A DNA stretch of 63,314 nt, the filler included, from Choristocarpus tenellus KU-1152 (Eukaryota; Protista; Phaeophyceae): assembly GCA_964200185.2 (NCBI GenBank). It is 12 parts of 12 records of this genome, joined end to end, with 100 filler letters (N's around TTAATTAATTAA, not from the genome) between each part and the next. Parts side by side here need not be neighbours in the genome. Positions count along the whole stretch, not along the records: positions 12,416 to 15,424 come from CAXNAD020022968.1; positions 15,525 to 22,899 come from CAXNAD020006247.1; positions 23,000 to 27,920 come from CAXNAD020012526.1; 9 more parts are not named here. The stretch is one strand, 5' to 3'. The notes beneath the pieces are model-generated. The model searched no databases. It saw only the letters and a program-made list of their open reading frames with translations, and was not told the DNA's origin. Positions 12,474 through 25,900 of the stretch are shown piece after piece. The translations under genes were made by a program, and so were the position numbers. Numbering within the stretch: the first letter of the stretch is position 1; the number at the start of each line of letters is the position of its first letter.

Positions 12474-13385
12474 TAAGGGGAATTTTGCTCTCTTCACAGA
12501 GGTATATTGATATTTCTATGTATCTCTATGACGGTGTTGAACTAGAACAAATACAGACATAAAAATGTATATATATATATATATATATATATGTAAATCC
12601 CCATTCGCTATTTCTCCTCATTAGCGCGCGAGGGTCAAAACTTTGAATTTGCATCTTTTTTTTCATGTATTTGCAGTTTTGCTTAATTATATTATAGTGC
12701 ATAACAAAAAAACGTTCGCCAAACCACATATGCAAAAACCCCAAACTCACTCACTCTCTCGACAACAAACCAACGGGCCTGGACAATATAGAGGAATCAT
12801 TGTCGCAATTCTTCGAGAGGACCACACCCATCGCACCACAGATGTACGATGACGACCCGTCAGCCACTAGTAGATCTGGCTAACAACAGGAATGAACTCG
12901 TGGACTCCAGAGGGGTAGACCCCAGGATATCCCAAAGGCAAGGCCGGGCCTCCGTCGCAGCAAGAAACACTCCAATGTAGCCTCTGTGCGTTCTGTAATT
13001 ACCTGAAGGAGGGATTAGCACTTGAAGACTAGGCATAGCAAAGCATATGGTCACTATATCCTTCCGAAATCACATATTTGCATCGAAATCAGAGAGACGT
13101 GATGTTCACCAGTTCCACTGTAGTTCCGAACCGGTGACACACACGTCCTCCCATCAAGAGCAGAACGAAACCTAACGATCAAGTTCGTGTCCTCCGATAC
13201 CCGCGTTCCGATATGTATCGGAACTAAACGATGTTGCTTCCAGTTTCTGTTTTCGATCCCAACCCTAGCACCTGTCCCAACCCTAACCCTATGCCCCAAC
13301 CCTAACACCGTCCCTCACCCTTACACAATAATGAAATTATGCCAAGTCAATTTTCGCTCTTCCTTCATCTGCTCGCCTAATGTCA

Positions 13386-13556
13386 TTTTTGCCATACTTT
13401 ACCGTACGACAAAGAATGGCAAAAGTTGCGGTGGTCCATATACCAATTTATTTCAAGCCACACGCCTCATGTCTTTTTGCCATGCTTTACCATACGACAA
13501 AGTATGGCAAAAGTTGCGACTGTCCACATACTAACCTCTTCGAAGCCACACGCCTC
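13386..13556. repeat. About 88-bp direct repeat x2, each with a hairpin
   Basis: TTTTGCCAT(A/G)CTTT..TACGAC-AAAG(A/T)ATGGCAAAAGTTGCG..AAGCCACACGCCTC occurs twice. Confidence 0.8.
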
Positions 13557-13656
13557 CAAACCATCATCCTCGACTTACCACAAAACGCAACTGCAATCTC
13601 ATATCCCCTATAGAGAAAGAAGTGCATACAATGGCATGTGTATGTGGGAATATATA

Positions 13657-13913
13657 GAGTGAAAGTATCTTAGAGGGTATGAGTTTTGCCCTGTTTGTCC
13701 ATTTGGGGCTTGGCTTCCCTTAGAGTTTTTATGACATTTTCCTACTCCAAGACATTTCGGAGTAGGTAAAATATATACGTTATGAAGAGGTGTGTCTGGA
13801 ACAAGGATATTGACGCTTCCTAACAAACACGATAGCCAAAATTACAATGAAATCGCAACATTGAATTTTGGCCCCAAATGGACGCGGCTCTACCCCCTAA
13901 GATACTTTGGCTC
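13657..13913 (-). mobile_element. MITE family 1, full length
   Basis: GAGTGAAAGTATCTTAGAGGGTA..TACCCCCTAAGATACTTTGGCTC; flanks TATA/TGTA. Confidence 0.9.
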
Positions 13914-14467
13914 TGTATGGACCGACATCACATGAAATGTTCAGTATCCCTTCCACCATAAAACCCATCCTACACGATAGTTCACCCTGTTTGACAGAAC
14001 ACGTCACTTGTAGTACATACATCCACCAATATTACCTGGGGCGACACCCACCATGCGTTTGTCAACTGCTCCCCCCCCAAAAATCAGATCGAAACACACA
14101 CTCTACCGTTCAATAAGCTACCCCAATTCACTTCGTCCTACATGCTTTATGGTACGTATTCATAACCTTTTTGATGTGACTCGCGATTGACCGCATACGT
14201 GATGCACACCTTCTTTTCAGGATATTCTAATCGGGGCAGTTTCGGTTCTCGATGTATCAAACACACCCTTCTCCATGCTTTCAACGTGGGGTGTCATCCA
14301 ACACGGCCGTACTCCGTCGAACACTTCGTGACCAAACATTGTGCAAGCCCCTTTCCCCGAACAAAGAGGCAGTATTCTCTATGTTTGCATCATGAAGATC
14401 GATCACTAATGTCAAAGGGAAACAAACTCACCAACTCATATCGTAACCTCGTTTGAATCCCACTCAG

Positions 14468-14830
14468 GAAACGGGGACTAAAGAGACTGCCCAAGACCAG
14501 TGCCACTCGTTCGTGAAAGAAATCCAAAACGGACCAGATCATGGATCTCTTTCTCTCCATGCTTGTCAACCATGATGGTCCAGAAGAGAGATGGAAGGAA
14601 GCGGCCGCACTTGGAACGACCTTGTCTCTTGGTTGTTGGAAGAGAAAAGCAGATTTGCACCGTTGGCGAGCGCGCTGCGAGCTGTGCTGGCTCAGGAACA
14701 ACGCGAGTCCACGCCTGATCTCTGGGTCAAGACATTCCTAAAATGTGTACAGAAAGACCTTAGCACCGAGCACACCCGCCAGGTATACAAATCCATCCGC
14801 GTCGGCACCGCCCCTCTGACGTTGAAATAG
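14468..14830 (+). pseudogene. Coding-like fragment of unknown family with one internal TGA
   Basis: After a CAG acceptor-like site: ETGTKETAQDQCHSFVKEIQ..QP*WSRREMEGSGRTWNDLVSWLLEEKSRFAPLASALRAVL..; about 120 codons with a single stop. Confidence 0.3.
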
Positions 14831-14871
14831 GCGATGACGGGGTGACATCGATGTTTCAATCCCTTCTGTCT

Positions 14872-15047
14872 GTGTTTGTTAGGAAGTGTCAATATCCTTG
14901 TTCCAGACACACCTTTTCATAACGTACACATTTTACCTATTCCTAAACATTTTGGAGTAGGAAAATGTCATTAAAAAAACCCATGGGAAGTCAAGCCCCA
15001 AATGGACAAACAGGGTAAAACTCATACCCTCTAAGATACTTTCACTC
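14872..15047 (+). mobile_element. MITE family 1, 5'-truncated
   Basis: Ends TACCCTCTAAGATACTTTCACTC. Confidence 0.85.
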
Positions 15048-15346
15048 TTTGTCCCCCATCTGTCGTGTATTTTAGTGCATGCCCACAGTAGTCAAGTGGC
15101 AGCTGTGATGTTGTATGCAGACTGACTTTAGATAGAAGAGAGCTACTAAAGTCAGGGAGAGGTTTTTCCTCGTTTTTGTGTGTATGGTAGTTCAGTGATA
15201 CGTCAATTGTTAAGTAGTACTTTTCCCCAAGGATCACTTTAGGCGTGACACTAGGAATATTTCGAGGATTGTGGGAGACGTATTTTGGTATGGCTAAGGA
15301 CCCACAGTAGAAACACCCCAGGATGTGTTCGTAGAGATTGTGATAG

Positions 15347-15424
15347 GAGCCGAAGTATCTTAGGGGGTAGGGCCGCGTCCATTTGGGGGTCAAAATCCCA
15401 TGTTGCGATTTTGATGTAATTTTG
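15347..15424 (+). mobile_element. MITE family 1, partial (contig end)
   Basis: GAGCCGAAGTATCTTAGGGGGTAG.. Confidence 0.85.
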
Positions 15425-15524
15425 NNNNNNNNNNNNNNNNNNNNNNNNNNNNNNNNNNNNNNNNNNNNTTAATTAATTAANNNNNNNNNNNNNNNNNNNN
15501 NNNNNNNNNNNNNNNNNNNNNNNN

Positions 15525-15581
15525 ACATTGGATTTTGGCCACCAATTGGACGAGGCTCTACCCTCTAAGATACTTTGATTC
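15525..15581 (-). mobile_element. MITE family 1, partial (contig start)
   Basis: ..CTCTACCCTCTAAGATACTTTGATTC. Confidence 0.8.
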
Positions 15582-15933
15582 CGGTGTTCAATGTTCTCCT
15601 TATGATCCTCTTCAAGACACGCACACTTACCAGATGTTGAATCCAATATGTGACTGGTACATTGTTAGCCTTTCGCACAACAAGAATCTCTATTTTACTC
15701 GTTTTCTTCTCCCGATCTACTCGAATCTTACTCCAACTTGACGCACCGTCCCAAACCCAGGAAACTCCATGTATCTTTCCTTGACGCCCCTGAGACTCAG
15801 CCGCCCACACCTCTATCATCAGCACAAGGAAAGACGGTTAGTGAGGACCCTGAGGTGAAATCACCATTCATCTCCATCATGTGCTACAAACCCACCCCAT
15901 TTGTCCTTTAGATTGACACGAAAAATACTCCAG

Positions 15934-18900
15934 AGTAAAATTGTTCGTCAAGACAACTTGCAACGAGTCTACTCAGTCTACTACTTTCCCACATAGCACC
16001 CCTCCCGCGCTTAGAAAAGAGGTGATGTGTTTCTCTTGTTCAACAACATGCTCTACATTTTATGCTTTCTCGTTTCCTTGCCCACCTCAACAGGTTTCGC
16101 CGCCACCTGTACCCCAGACATCCACCCCTACCCCACCAGCAACTTCTACCACAGAGAACTGCCCTACTCCCGAGCCTACGTCTCCCCAGAAACCTGGACA
16201 ATCCAATGAGACTCATGATGGCGACTCAAGTTCGGCGACTGAGTCAGCTACTACAGAGCATTCCCCTCCTCTTGCATCTACCTCTCCCCAGAAGCCCGGA
16301 TTCCCCAGAGAGGCCGATGAGCCCAAGTCTAGTTCAGCGAGTGATGTGGCAAGGACAATTGGCAATGATCTATTCAAACGAGCTAGTATCATGGGCCTTT
16401 CCCCGGTAAGGGCAAAGGCAGAGGACATTGACATGTTGCTCTCGGCCGGAGCATGATTTTGTCGTACATGATCGTCATGTCCCATTTGGCTTGCTTGGTG
16501 TTGGAAGGTTCCTGCGGTCTCTGATTTTGAAGTGGAAGAAGCCTGGATATTAACAACAATAATCATCCGAAATATCAGCCACTTGATCTTTCCCATAAGA
16601 GAATAGCCAATGGGTCCATTGCTTTTAATATCAATACCTTCCTTGAAGGAATATCTCTCTGTTCTATTTTGTCTTTTACAGGGACTCAATGAGGAAAGAG
16701 AATTGTATCTTCTTGCGTTGGGGAGGGGGTGAGGGAGGTTAATTTTCCAGCTTGTTTGTTTGAATCCATGCAGGTGTTGTGCATTGGATTATTGTCGAAT
16801 TGATCGATTGTAGAAGGATTGTGTCATCTTCACAACTGCACAGTGCGTAAGACCGGGGTATGGTTTCACATATGCTAAATTATCTTGTACACAAAGTGAT
16901 GAACAGGTACCCTCAAGCAAGGTGCACCAATAATAAATCTGTACTCCTGGGATGGATGGTTTTTAGACGGTGTTTAATAGGGTAGATAAATTATCATGCT
17001 CAATATATGAAACTCACCATATACATATGATTCATGAAGCTAATTACTACCTTGCAAAATGGACTTCCATGGACCCTGTACTCCGTGCATTTTACAAGGT
17101 CTAGTCCAGCAGGAATCAAGCGAGTACTGAATGAAGAAAATAATGCCAACAAATTTGCCCATGGGACAGACAGGCCATTTAGGGAAAGGGGTGATGTTTT
17201 ATCTTGTGACTTGTAGATATTCCTTGGTGAGGACAATCTTGACAGATAAGCTTGCGCATATTCACTCAAATGACAGAGTTTTGGCAAGAATGATGTGTAC
17301 ATCAGGATGAAGAAGTGATGTCAATATAAGTCGTAGTTCTCCTATTCATCCATATGGGAATTATACATCAATCAAGGGTGGTACGACAACAGTCATTCGC
17401 TTCTTGTGAGTTGTACTTGATTATCCCCTCTGCCCTCCCTCCATTGATCCTTTCAGGTGATCTCAAAGGACAGATTTATGAAGGCATTATCATGTTATTA
17501 TAATGCTGCTAGTGAGATGAACGCTACTCAGGATCAGCGTGCCTCGGCTTTCAAGAACGCTGGCTCCACCCATTGGAAACTTGCCCTTCTAGCTACACCT
17601 CACGGTTTGGGCATCCTCCCACCTTGAACAGCTTACCCTGTCCCAAACCACAATGCTGAACCTGCTAGTAGCACACAGAGTTCACCTCCCTCCTCGACTT
17701 CTCTACCCCGCAGGAAGTACAGGGGCCGATGGAGGCCCTGCCTGGGGACATAAGCTTGAGGAGTTCCTAGAAAATGCTGCGTCGTCTGTGTGGTGTCTTC
17801 AGAATTCCCTCAAGGAAGGAGATGAGTGCGTAAAGCCGGCAGTCTGGATGAAGGGTGTCCGGATAAAGCTGGGAAATATCAACGAAAGTTCCAAGGTACC
17901 AACAGGAGTAGGAATAATGTTGCAGGGGTCGTTTGAGTTTTGTAATCCTTTTGGGGCTTAGGATTGTGGTGGTATAATATCTCGTGCTAATAGGGTTGAT
18001 ATTGTCAAAATATTACCTGCCATGCCAGCACAAGTGCCACCCAATGTGGGAACATGAAAAAGGAATATAGAGGATCTTATAATGTACTCTTTCGCCTGCT
18101 GGTGCAAGTCCTGAGGTAATGGAGGATGAGGGGTGTATGTACAATAGTCCATAATAGTGCAATTCCTGGAAACAGCCCCCAAAACACTGCTGGTATATGT
18201 GCTACGATGTCTTTAAAAAAGTTATAATTTTGCAACGACCTATTCACCTGCTAGGGGGGATTGTAGACTCTTATTTTTTTCGGCCTGCCCATACCTTCAT
18301 GAGCAGTTCCAAGCTCCAGTGCATTTTCTGAATCAACCTTTCTCTTTACTTGATGTTTGTGTATCTTCTTATACTCATTTTCAGCTGCTTCTTGTAAACT
18401 TATTTACAACTTCAACATGACTTGTCAGATGATGTTGATGAAGCAGTCAGATTACGGCTGTGACTAACAATGGTTCAACTATATTGATCCCTCTATCCAA
18501 AGAATGTTCGATAGTTTGGTTGAAACTATGGTATTAATCAAGGTATATATTTTGCGAATTATGACTGCATGATTTTCCATAAACTTCCTTACGGTCTTCT
18601 GTATTTCCTCGTGACCACCTCGCAACGCTCAGACCTTTGCGTGCCATGTCTTGTGCATTGCGGGCACTTCTCGATCCAATGAATCCAATTGAATCATTTA
18701 ACATAATGTAATTGTGACTCATTCATTACTTCAATTGACAACACCACAATCACCAAGATATTGACAAGTAGACATTTCCACATAGCCCCAGGGCATTGTC
18801 TGTTTGAGTCAGAAACGCCATACTTCCTTCTTTGGGGGCCCTTTGATTTCTGCAGTAACTGTAACGTTTTTAGGGTGGGACAGGTCACAGAGAAGTATAT

Positions 18901-21900
18901 GCTACATACAAATACAGGGTGCATCCTAAATCACATGTAATTCCTGTGTAATGCATTAAAGCAGCTTTGCTCATAGTGCCTTCAGCACCTGCAAGCTGAC
19001 ACCTGGACAAAGACTAGAGTGCTAATATCACATGAACAACATGTACTTGCCAGTCACTGCTTGTGGATAGTGATAGCAGCATCTCAGCAGGTCAGGATGA
19101 GCTTTGTGCACTTCACAGGGCACTTAGGACCATTCAAGATGGGCCAATCAAGGTGTGATATTAATGCATAGTCATTTTTCCTTCTTTAATATTTCAAAGT
19201 ATGTGCTTAACCTGTAACCATTGTCGTGTGCAAAGTTATCTTGTGTTGACTGAATCGGATATATATATATATATGAACTAGAGCATGTATGTGCACTTGT
19301 ACTGTAAATATTTTTTGCCAAGTTCTCTAGACACTAATTACGTGTCGAGGACATCTCCCAGCTGAGGAGCAGGTATACAAAATTGCAAAACATTGTCATA
19401 TTGTAGTGTCAAAGCATTTATTGTGGTTGTGAGGTTATTATGGTATCCAGTTAGAAGCTACTGAAAGAAAAAAGTGCTGCCGTGAAGTGCAACGTTTCTT
19501 TTGCCTAATTAAATGTTCTTTTGATATTTTAAAAAATAGGGCTATGGGATGTTCCTTGTGGGTGTGACGCTGTTCAAAGAAGGCACTGCAGCCTTGTCCA
19601 ACGCGGGAGACTACGTGACTTGCCTGTCCAAGATGGTAGACTGCAAACCCTATCTGGAGGAAGCGCTGCGTCATGTTTCAGCATATGAGGTGAAGAGGGT
19701 TCAACTTCACATAGGAATGATTTTGAAGCTAGAAATCCTATTGTAATCAATAGTGAGTCTTGGATAATTATGGTGTCATATTCTCTTTCCTGTCATTTTT
19801 CTTTCATGAAGCAGGAGCTGCCTTGGTTTTAACGAAATAATGTTTTTTCCATTTCCTTCTAGGTACAGTAGACTTGGTATCCTACTTGGTGAATGAGATT
19901 TACTCAGAATGTACCTTGCTGTGATGGGAAGCAATAAAGAGCTCTATATCTACTGTGTTTTCTGAGGTGTACACTGTCTGCACATATGCTACGAATGGTG
20001 TGCAATGGACACTTTGTCGCTATGGTACAAAGAATACCTCCTACTTTTGTGTGTGTTGTTTGGCGCCTCATCGGACGATAAAATATGTGAAGAATTCTCA
20101 TATCAGTCGTAACGTCTGACCTATATGGGGGGGAGAGTTGAGGGATGGTAAAATAGCTTTCCAAATCCCAAGTCGTATATTTCTATAGCGAGAGGGAGTG
20201 CATGTATGATAGTATTCATTATCACTTCTCCATATTTCAAAGGGTGCATGGAGCGGGCAGACTGAAAGAGCCCCCCATATCCCCATTGTTGGTGGCTTCT
20301 CCTTGACTGGATCATTCAGACAATCTGCACTATTTGAAGTTCTCAGGGCTTTATCCTTCTGAATACATCCCTGTGTACAATACTTTATTATGTTAGATGC
20401 ACTTAGTACAAGACACTCATGTATCTCTTGCCTGAACTTTTTCTATGGTATGTTATGTTACGTTGAAATTGATTGGTGAGAAACCAACGGATTTCAACTG
20501 TGCTTCTTTTCTTTGGTGGTAGGAATCAATCGAGTTCATGGAGCATATTGTTGAGACAGAAGAGCAAGTGTACATGCAGCAAAGTATTTGTGAGTCTCGG
20601 CAGGCATGCAAGGAAGGAGACCGCCTTCTGGGGATACAACTCCATGTAAGGGGAATGCATGAGGAAGGTGGAGTATGGGTTGTTGGTGAAGGTAGTTTTT
20701 CCAGTGTCATCATAAATTTTGCATGCAATAACCTTTGGTGTTGCACTAAACACATAATATTGTATCAAAGTGGGGGTGAAGTTTGGACTTGTGACCACCA
20801 GTCACAAGTAGGCATGTGATGCTGGCTTGTGGTGTCAGTTAGGAGGAACAGATTTCCTCCTCCCCCCCAAACAAAAACACTGCAGGTACAAAGAGGGAAG
20901 TGGTGGTGTGTACAAGAGATGGGGAACAACAACCTATTCTGGGCCTTGTGACTATCCCATATTATTTTTGTTATACTGAGCCATGTATTAATGGCTTCTG
21001 TTGCACTGCACTGTTTTTTATTTTGGTCGAGGGTATGCTAAGATCGAGGAAAGGTTAAGATCGAGGACATAGTACAGTTAGACTTAGATTCGAACGACGA
21101 GAACCTCTGTAGTGGAAATCTGATCAACTGTTACAGGGCGATCGTTATATACTTGTTGTTCAATATATGCATACATATTCTAGGTTGATGTCGTATTTTG
21201 TGTTCTTATGAACAATTTCTCGAATCTGTCTATGGACTTGCCACATTGTCGTGGACAGATTCATGCTTCCAACTCGTCGTATATCTGAATAGAATTGATG
21301 ACACCTATACCTAACGTATTTAACAAGGGAAAGGCCATCTGCATACTTTGGATAATTCAGAAGACATGATGACAACCAGCCCTAGATGTGAAGCGAATCG
21401 AAGCACATTCACGTAGATTTACACATCTTGATATATGATCATTACCTTCTACCATTGAGACTTTAATACACCAAACCACTAAGATCCATGTTATGCAAGT
21501 GCTGGAGCTGAAACATAACTCCTCACAGACCTGCGTTCTGACTGGTGTGCGTAATGATAGGACTTCATACCCCCTTATGAAATGTTCATTATTTTTCCAG
21601 ATGTATTGTGTTTGCATCTCTAACCTTACATAGATGTACCCAAGTTCAAAATGATATGCAATGTTAATTGTGAGAACCACAGGTATTCTATACTACACTC
21701 TCCCCACACATTTTCAGTACCAAAATAATTATCAGAGGTAGTGGAGGAAAGTACGCGTTTGTCTTTTCCTCCATGTCACGGAAGTTGGAGGTATGCACTA
21801 CTCATTCCAAACAGACATGCATACATACATATATACATAATACATATATATATATATGCACAACCTTCCATTAACACGTGGCTAATTCATGTGTACTTAT

Positions 21901-22069
21901 ACCTTTTCATTTCATTTGGTAACAATATCGAAAGGATGAGGAGAATGTGGATATGGATATGATATGGGCCATTGCTGACATGTACCGCCAAGCAGTTTTG
22001 CTGTCCCGAGAGCACTGCCTCGAGTCAGAAGCGGTGGCTCATGGGCGCACTGGCATGCTGTATCATAAG
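15934..22069 (+). CDS. Uncharacterised TPR-like helical-repeat protein, partial multi-exon gene
   Basis: Phase-consistent GT-AG exons 15934-16021 (tentative), 16094-16405, 17457-17604, 17714-17895, 19054-19152, 19540-19689, 20523-20645, 21935-22069; TPR-like RTIGNDLFKRA..ALSCYYNA..ASAFKNAG and ESRQACKEGDRLL/DEENVDMDMIWAIADMYRQA..EAVAHGRTGMLYHK; possible first exon 15769-15836; 3' end outside contig. Confidence 0.8.
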
Positions 22070-22718
22070 GTCTGGGACAGCATGTGTTTTTAGTGGAAGA
22101 AGGGGATGGGGGAGGAGGGGTAGAGGGCGGGTTATAAAAGTTCATGAGGTTGACATATGGTAGCGGAATAGTTGGGGCAGGGAGAATGTTGACTTCATAA
22201 GGGGTGTTGTAGTCAACATGAACATGGTTGGAGTCAACGAAGTATTTGAATTTCTTGTGAAAGATGAAAAAGATTTATCATCTGTTCCTTTTCGACGCCA
22301 TTTAATATTCTAACCATCCTCAACAGTAGTATCAAGCTCCTCGTTGAGCCGCCAAAAAGCTAATCTTGTTCGAACAACATGCGACCAGAAACCAGGTCAT
22401 ACATCTCTCTCTGTATGTACGTGGTTAGTGTCTGAAATATTGTTTCTATGCCGTAGAAATTCCGTAGTAGTCCCAGATGAGAAAAAATTGAGTGATAAAA
22501 TTGTCTTGAAATTCATATTGTATGTGGTACCCTTCATACGGGGTAAATTTTTGTCTAATCGTTTTTGATATCCAGTATTCTACAGAACACATGCTGGTAT
22601 GTAACATAATTCAACATGTTATTGACACCATTCAGAAATCATTTTCATTCACAGTTGGTCAAAATGATACGCTTGGCAGCCCTCCAGGGCAGTCTAAAAC
22701 ACTATGAACTCAAGTAGT

Positions 22719-22899
22719 GAGTGAAAGTATCTTAGAGGGTACGAGTTTTGTCCTGTTTATCCATTTGGGGCTTGGCTTCCTATGGAATTTATTGTGACAT
22801 TTTCCTACTCCAAAGTGTTTCAGAGTAGGTAAAATGTATATGTTATGCAAAGGTGTGTCCAGAACAAGGATATCGACATTTCCTAACAAACACGATAGC
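22719..22899 (-). mobile_element. MITE family 1, partial (contig end)
   Basis: GAGTGAAAGTATCTTAGAGGGTACG.. Confidence 0.88.
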
Positions 22900-23284
22900 N
22901 NNNNNNNNNNNNNNNNNNNNNNNNNNNNNNNNNNNNNNNNNNNTTAATTAATTAANNNNNNNNNNNNNNNNNNNNNNNNNNNNNNNNNNNNNNNNNNNNG
23001 GGGGGGGGGGGTCTACACCTTCTGTCCAGAAATGCAGGAGGGACAAGATAGTCCCATGCTAACAATAAAAACAATATATGCACGCACAAGGCTTACGGTA
23101 AACACAAACAGACATCGATAAGAACAGCACTACTTCAGAAAACGGAACAAAGAAAGGATGACAAAAAAAGACTAGTATGTAGTTCGAAGTACTCAACAAG
23201 CATGACTAGCACAGAGCATAATATAAATCAAATATCAACTCCAGGCCTTCCGTGGAATCCACAACCATTTCATCACTCCTCACC

Positions 23285-25900
23285 TCCCTGTCAACAGCCT
23301 GAGTCTCATGTTGCTGTTGTGAGGGTTGTTCTTGCCCTGGAAAACTACTATCGGCGATTGGCCCGCTCTCAATTTGAAGCTGCCCTGTTGGCACAGCCAG
23401 CACCTCGTGAGTCTCTTCCTGCGGTTGTGACAGGTGACCTTGCCCTGGAGTATCTGGATATGTGATTGGCACATTCCATTTTCGGACCGTTCTTGGTTGT
23501 GTTGACTGCTCTTGTACCTTGCCAGGTGTTCCTATGCTGCAATTGCCTTTGCATGTCTCTTCCCCCCCCCTCCCCCCTGCCAATTGGAATTGAGAATGTC
23601 CCTACAACAGATGCGATGATAAAAGACAGCAACAGAAAGAGAGTTATTCCAAGTGTTATAATTCCCACAAGTATAATGTTCCGACGATACGCCTCAATAA
23701 TGAGTCGAAGTAAACTAGAGGTACCCAGAGTTGCATTTTAAGGATGTACAAATATGTGCAAAATTCGGTATTTTTTTTACAAATTTTACAGGAGCATTTC
23801 CGAAGTATGTCGAAAAATTCAAACAATAGTGAAATCAACAGTCTCAAGTCAAACTTAGCAAATAATCGATTAGAATATGGGTGAATTGTGCAAGATTGAA
23901 AAATCGGCTTTAAATGCAAGAAGGCCAAAACCTGGGCACGTCTCGTCTACTTTGACTCAATGTTGCGTCAAAGCGATCAATATGCAGCTTGAATAATGCA
24001 GTAACAGGGGTGGTATCGTTGCATATGTGGGAACTTTTTGAGTCAAGGTCTGGTCAAGCAACATATCGTGGTAGATGTGTGTGAGATATGTGAGTTGATA
24101 TTTTTCAATACCGTTGCATTCGGAGGCAACGTTCTCAATCGAATCTACTTCTACCACTACTATTCTACGATTACTACCAATATTATCATCATAGACTTCG
24201 ACACGTCGAAGTAACTAACTACATATTATACTCCGAAATAATTTTGTTTGTTAGTGACCGCAAACTCTCACCTTCCCGCACAACCTTTCACCAGTGGATG
24301 GCACAGTGTAACGTCTATGGTGGAGAGGTGGTGAGAAGAAAACTCAGCTAACTATTTTGAATTGGAAGTAAGGTGTATTATTTTACGTGCATTGATTGGT
24401 GTGTGGTGGCAATTTTGTCCCTCAAATTGATCCTCTTGCGAACTTGATCTCACCTCGCAAGAAGGGTCTTCCTTTACCTCTGGTGTTGAGGGATTTATTT
24501 GCCGTCTTGACCAAGCTCCGCCCATCGGTGAAAAGTTCACCTCGTGCCTTGGAGCAGGTCATTTCCAGAAATCAATCCTCTATCAACATTCTATTTCAAC
24601 AGATCAAAATAGTATTGGAACAGAGTAACGTTCAAAACAAATTGAATCGCCTGAATACATAGTACAACCCCCCACCATATCAACATCCCAAATCAACACA
24701 ACATCAACATTGCAGCCCCTTACACATTGATGACCCTGTGGAATGAGCTATGAAATCAGCTCTAGTCCTTGCTCTTCTCCCTTTGGGATTCATTACCACC
24801 TCAGGGCTACTGCTCTTCCCCCTTCTGTGCAACTATCGAGAGTGGTGCTTTGCTAGAAAGGGGGTTAGCATACCACAAGTGTGCACAGGGTGGGGCCAAA
24901 ACAGTGCTGGGAGGGATCAGAAGGTTATTAAAGGTATGTTGATGCACACACGTTGGAGATCTTGATCCTCTGGAAGTGAAGGTGTCCGTGCGAAGGGTGT
25001 GGGTCGGAAGTGGACTGTTTTGTCTCTTTTTTCTCGTATGCTTAGAGGAGTGAGTACATTTCGGTGACGTTTCTCTTGAACCCTGCTCCCCTTTGAATAG
25101 GCTTTGCCAAGAACGATCTCGCACAGAACGGTATAGTTTGTGGCTCCAGGCTTGCCGGGCTACATATGGAGGCTTCAAGGGAAAGACCCATTGTTACTTT
25201 GAAGCTAGCATTGGATATCAATGGTGCAGTGGATGACCTGTCGGAGAAGGCCCAAAGGTTTACTTCAGAAGAATCATTGGATGCAGGCGAGAGGTGACAG
25301 TGTTGGACCATTGCCATAACCGGGGCCACAGGCGTGGTTGCGACAGGGCCAAGGTGCAAAAGGAGAACATTTTTGCCTACTAGGTTCTGAATACAATATG
25401 TTTGTCAAGGGAGTCAGTTAGTTGCCCATAGAGGCGGTGCAAATCTGTGCTAGTGAGGCATAGTGACCTGGAGCCTACCCGGTCCCAAGAAAGATCTTAA
25501 AAAATGGAATGAGATTGTAACCACCTTGGCTAATACCGTGGAAAGTGTACAAATTGGACGTGGGTCTCCGTCGTATTCCTACTTCCCCAACTCCCTTTAG
25601 TCTCAGCAGGCAACAACCAACCCAATCCTTTTTGTGAACAACAGTACATCGCCTTCGAGGATGCTGTGAGGCTGTAATGGTCGGAGTGGAGACTGTCATT
25701 CGAGACGACCCATCTCTCACGGTGAGTACCTAGTAAGTTGTGAAGATGTCGTCCTTGACGTGTATCCGTCCTGGAAGAACCATGATTTTGTCCTTGGTGC
25801 TTTGTGCTAGTACCTATCACCACAGAGGATACTTTATGAGTTTTAATATAACCCCGACATGATGCTGCAGCCGTAGCCAAGCTGGAATGAAGAGCCCTTC
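23285..25900 (-). CDS. Possible low-complexity multi-exon hypothetical gene
   Basis: Exon-like 23285-23531 (AG..GTGAGG; GTPGKVQEQSTQPR..QAVDRE) and several S/P/Q-rich open frames at 24390-25900; a full model could not be built. Confidence 0.3.
23702..23958. mobile_element. MITE family 3, full length
   Basis: TIRs GAGTCGAAGTAAACTAGAGGTACCCAG / CTGGGCACGTCTCGTCTACTTTGACTC; flanks AAT/AAT; similar to 59499-59734. Confidence 0.8.
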
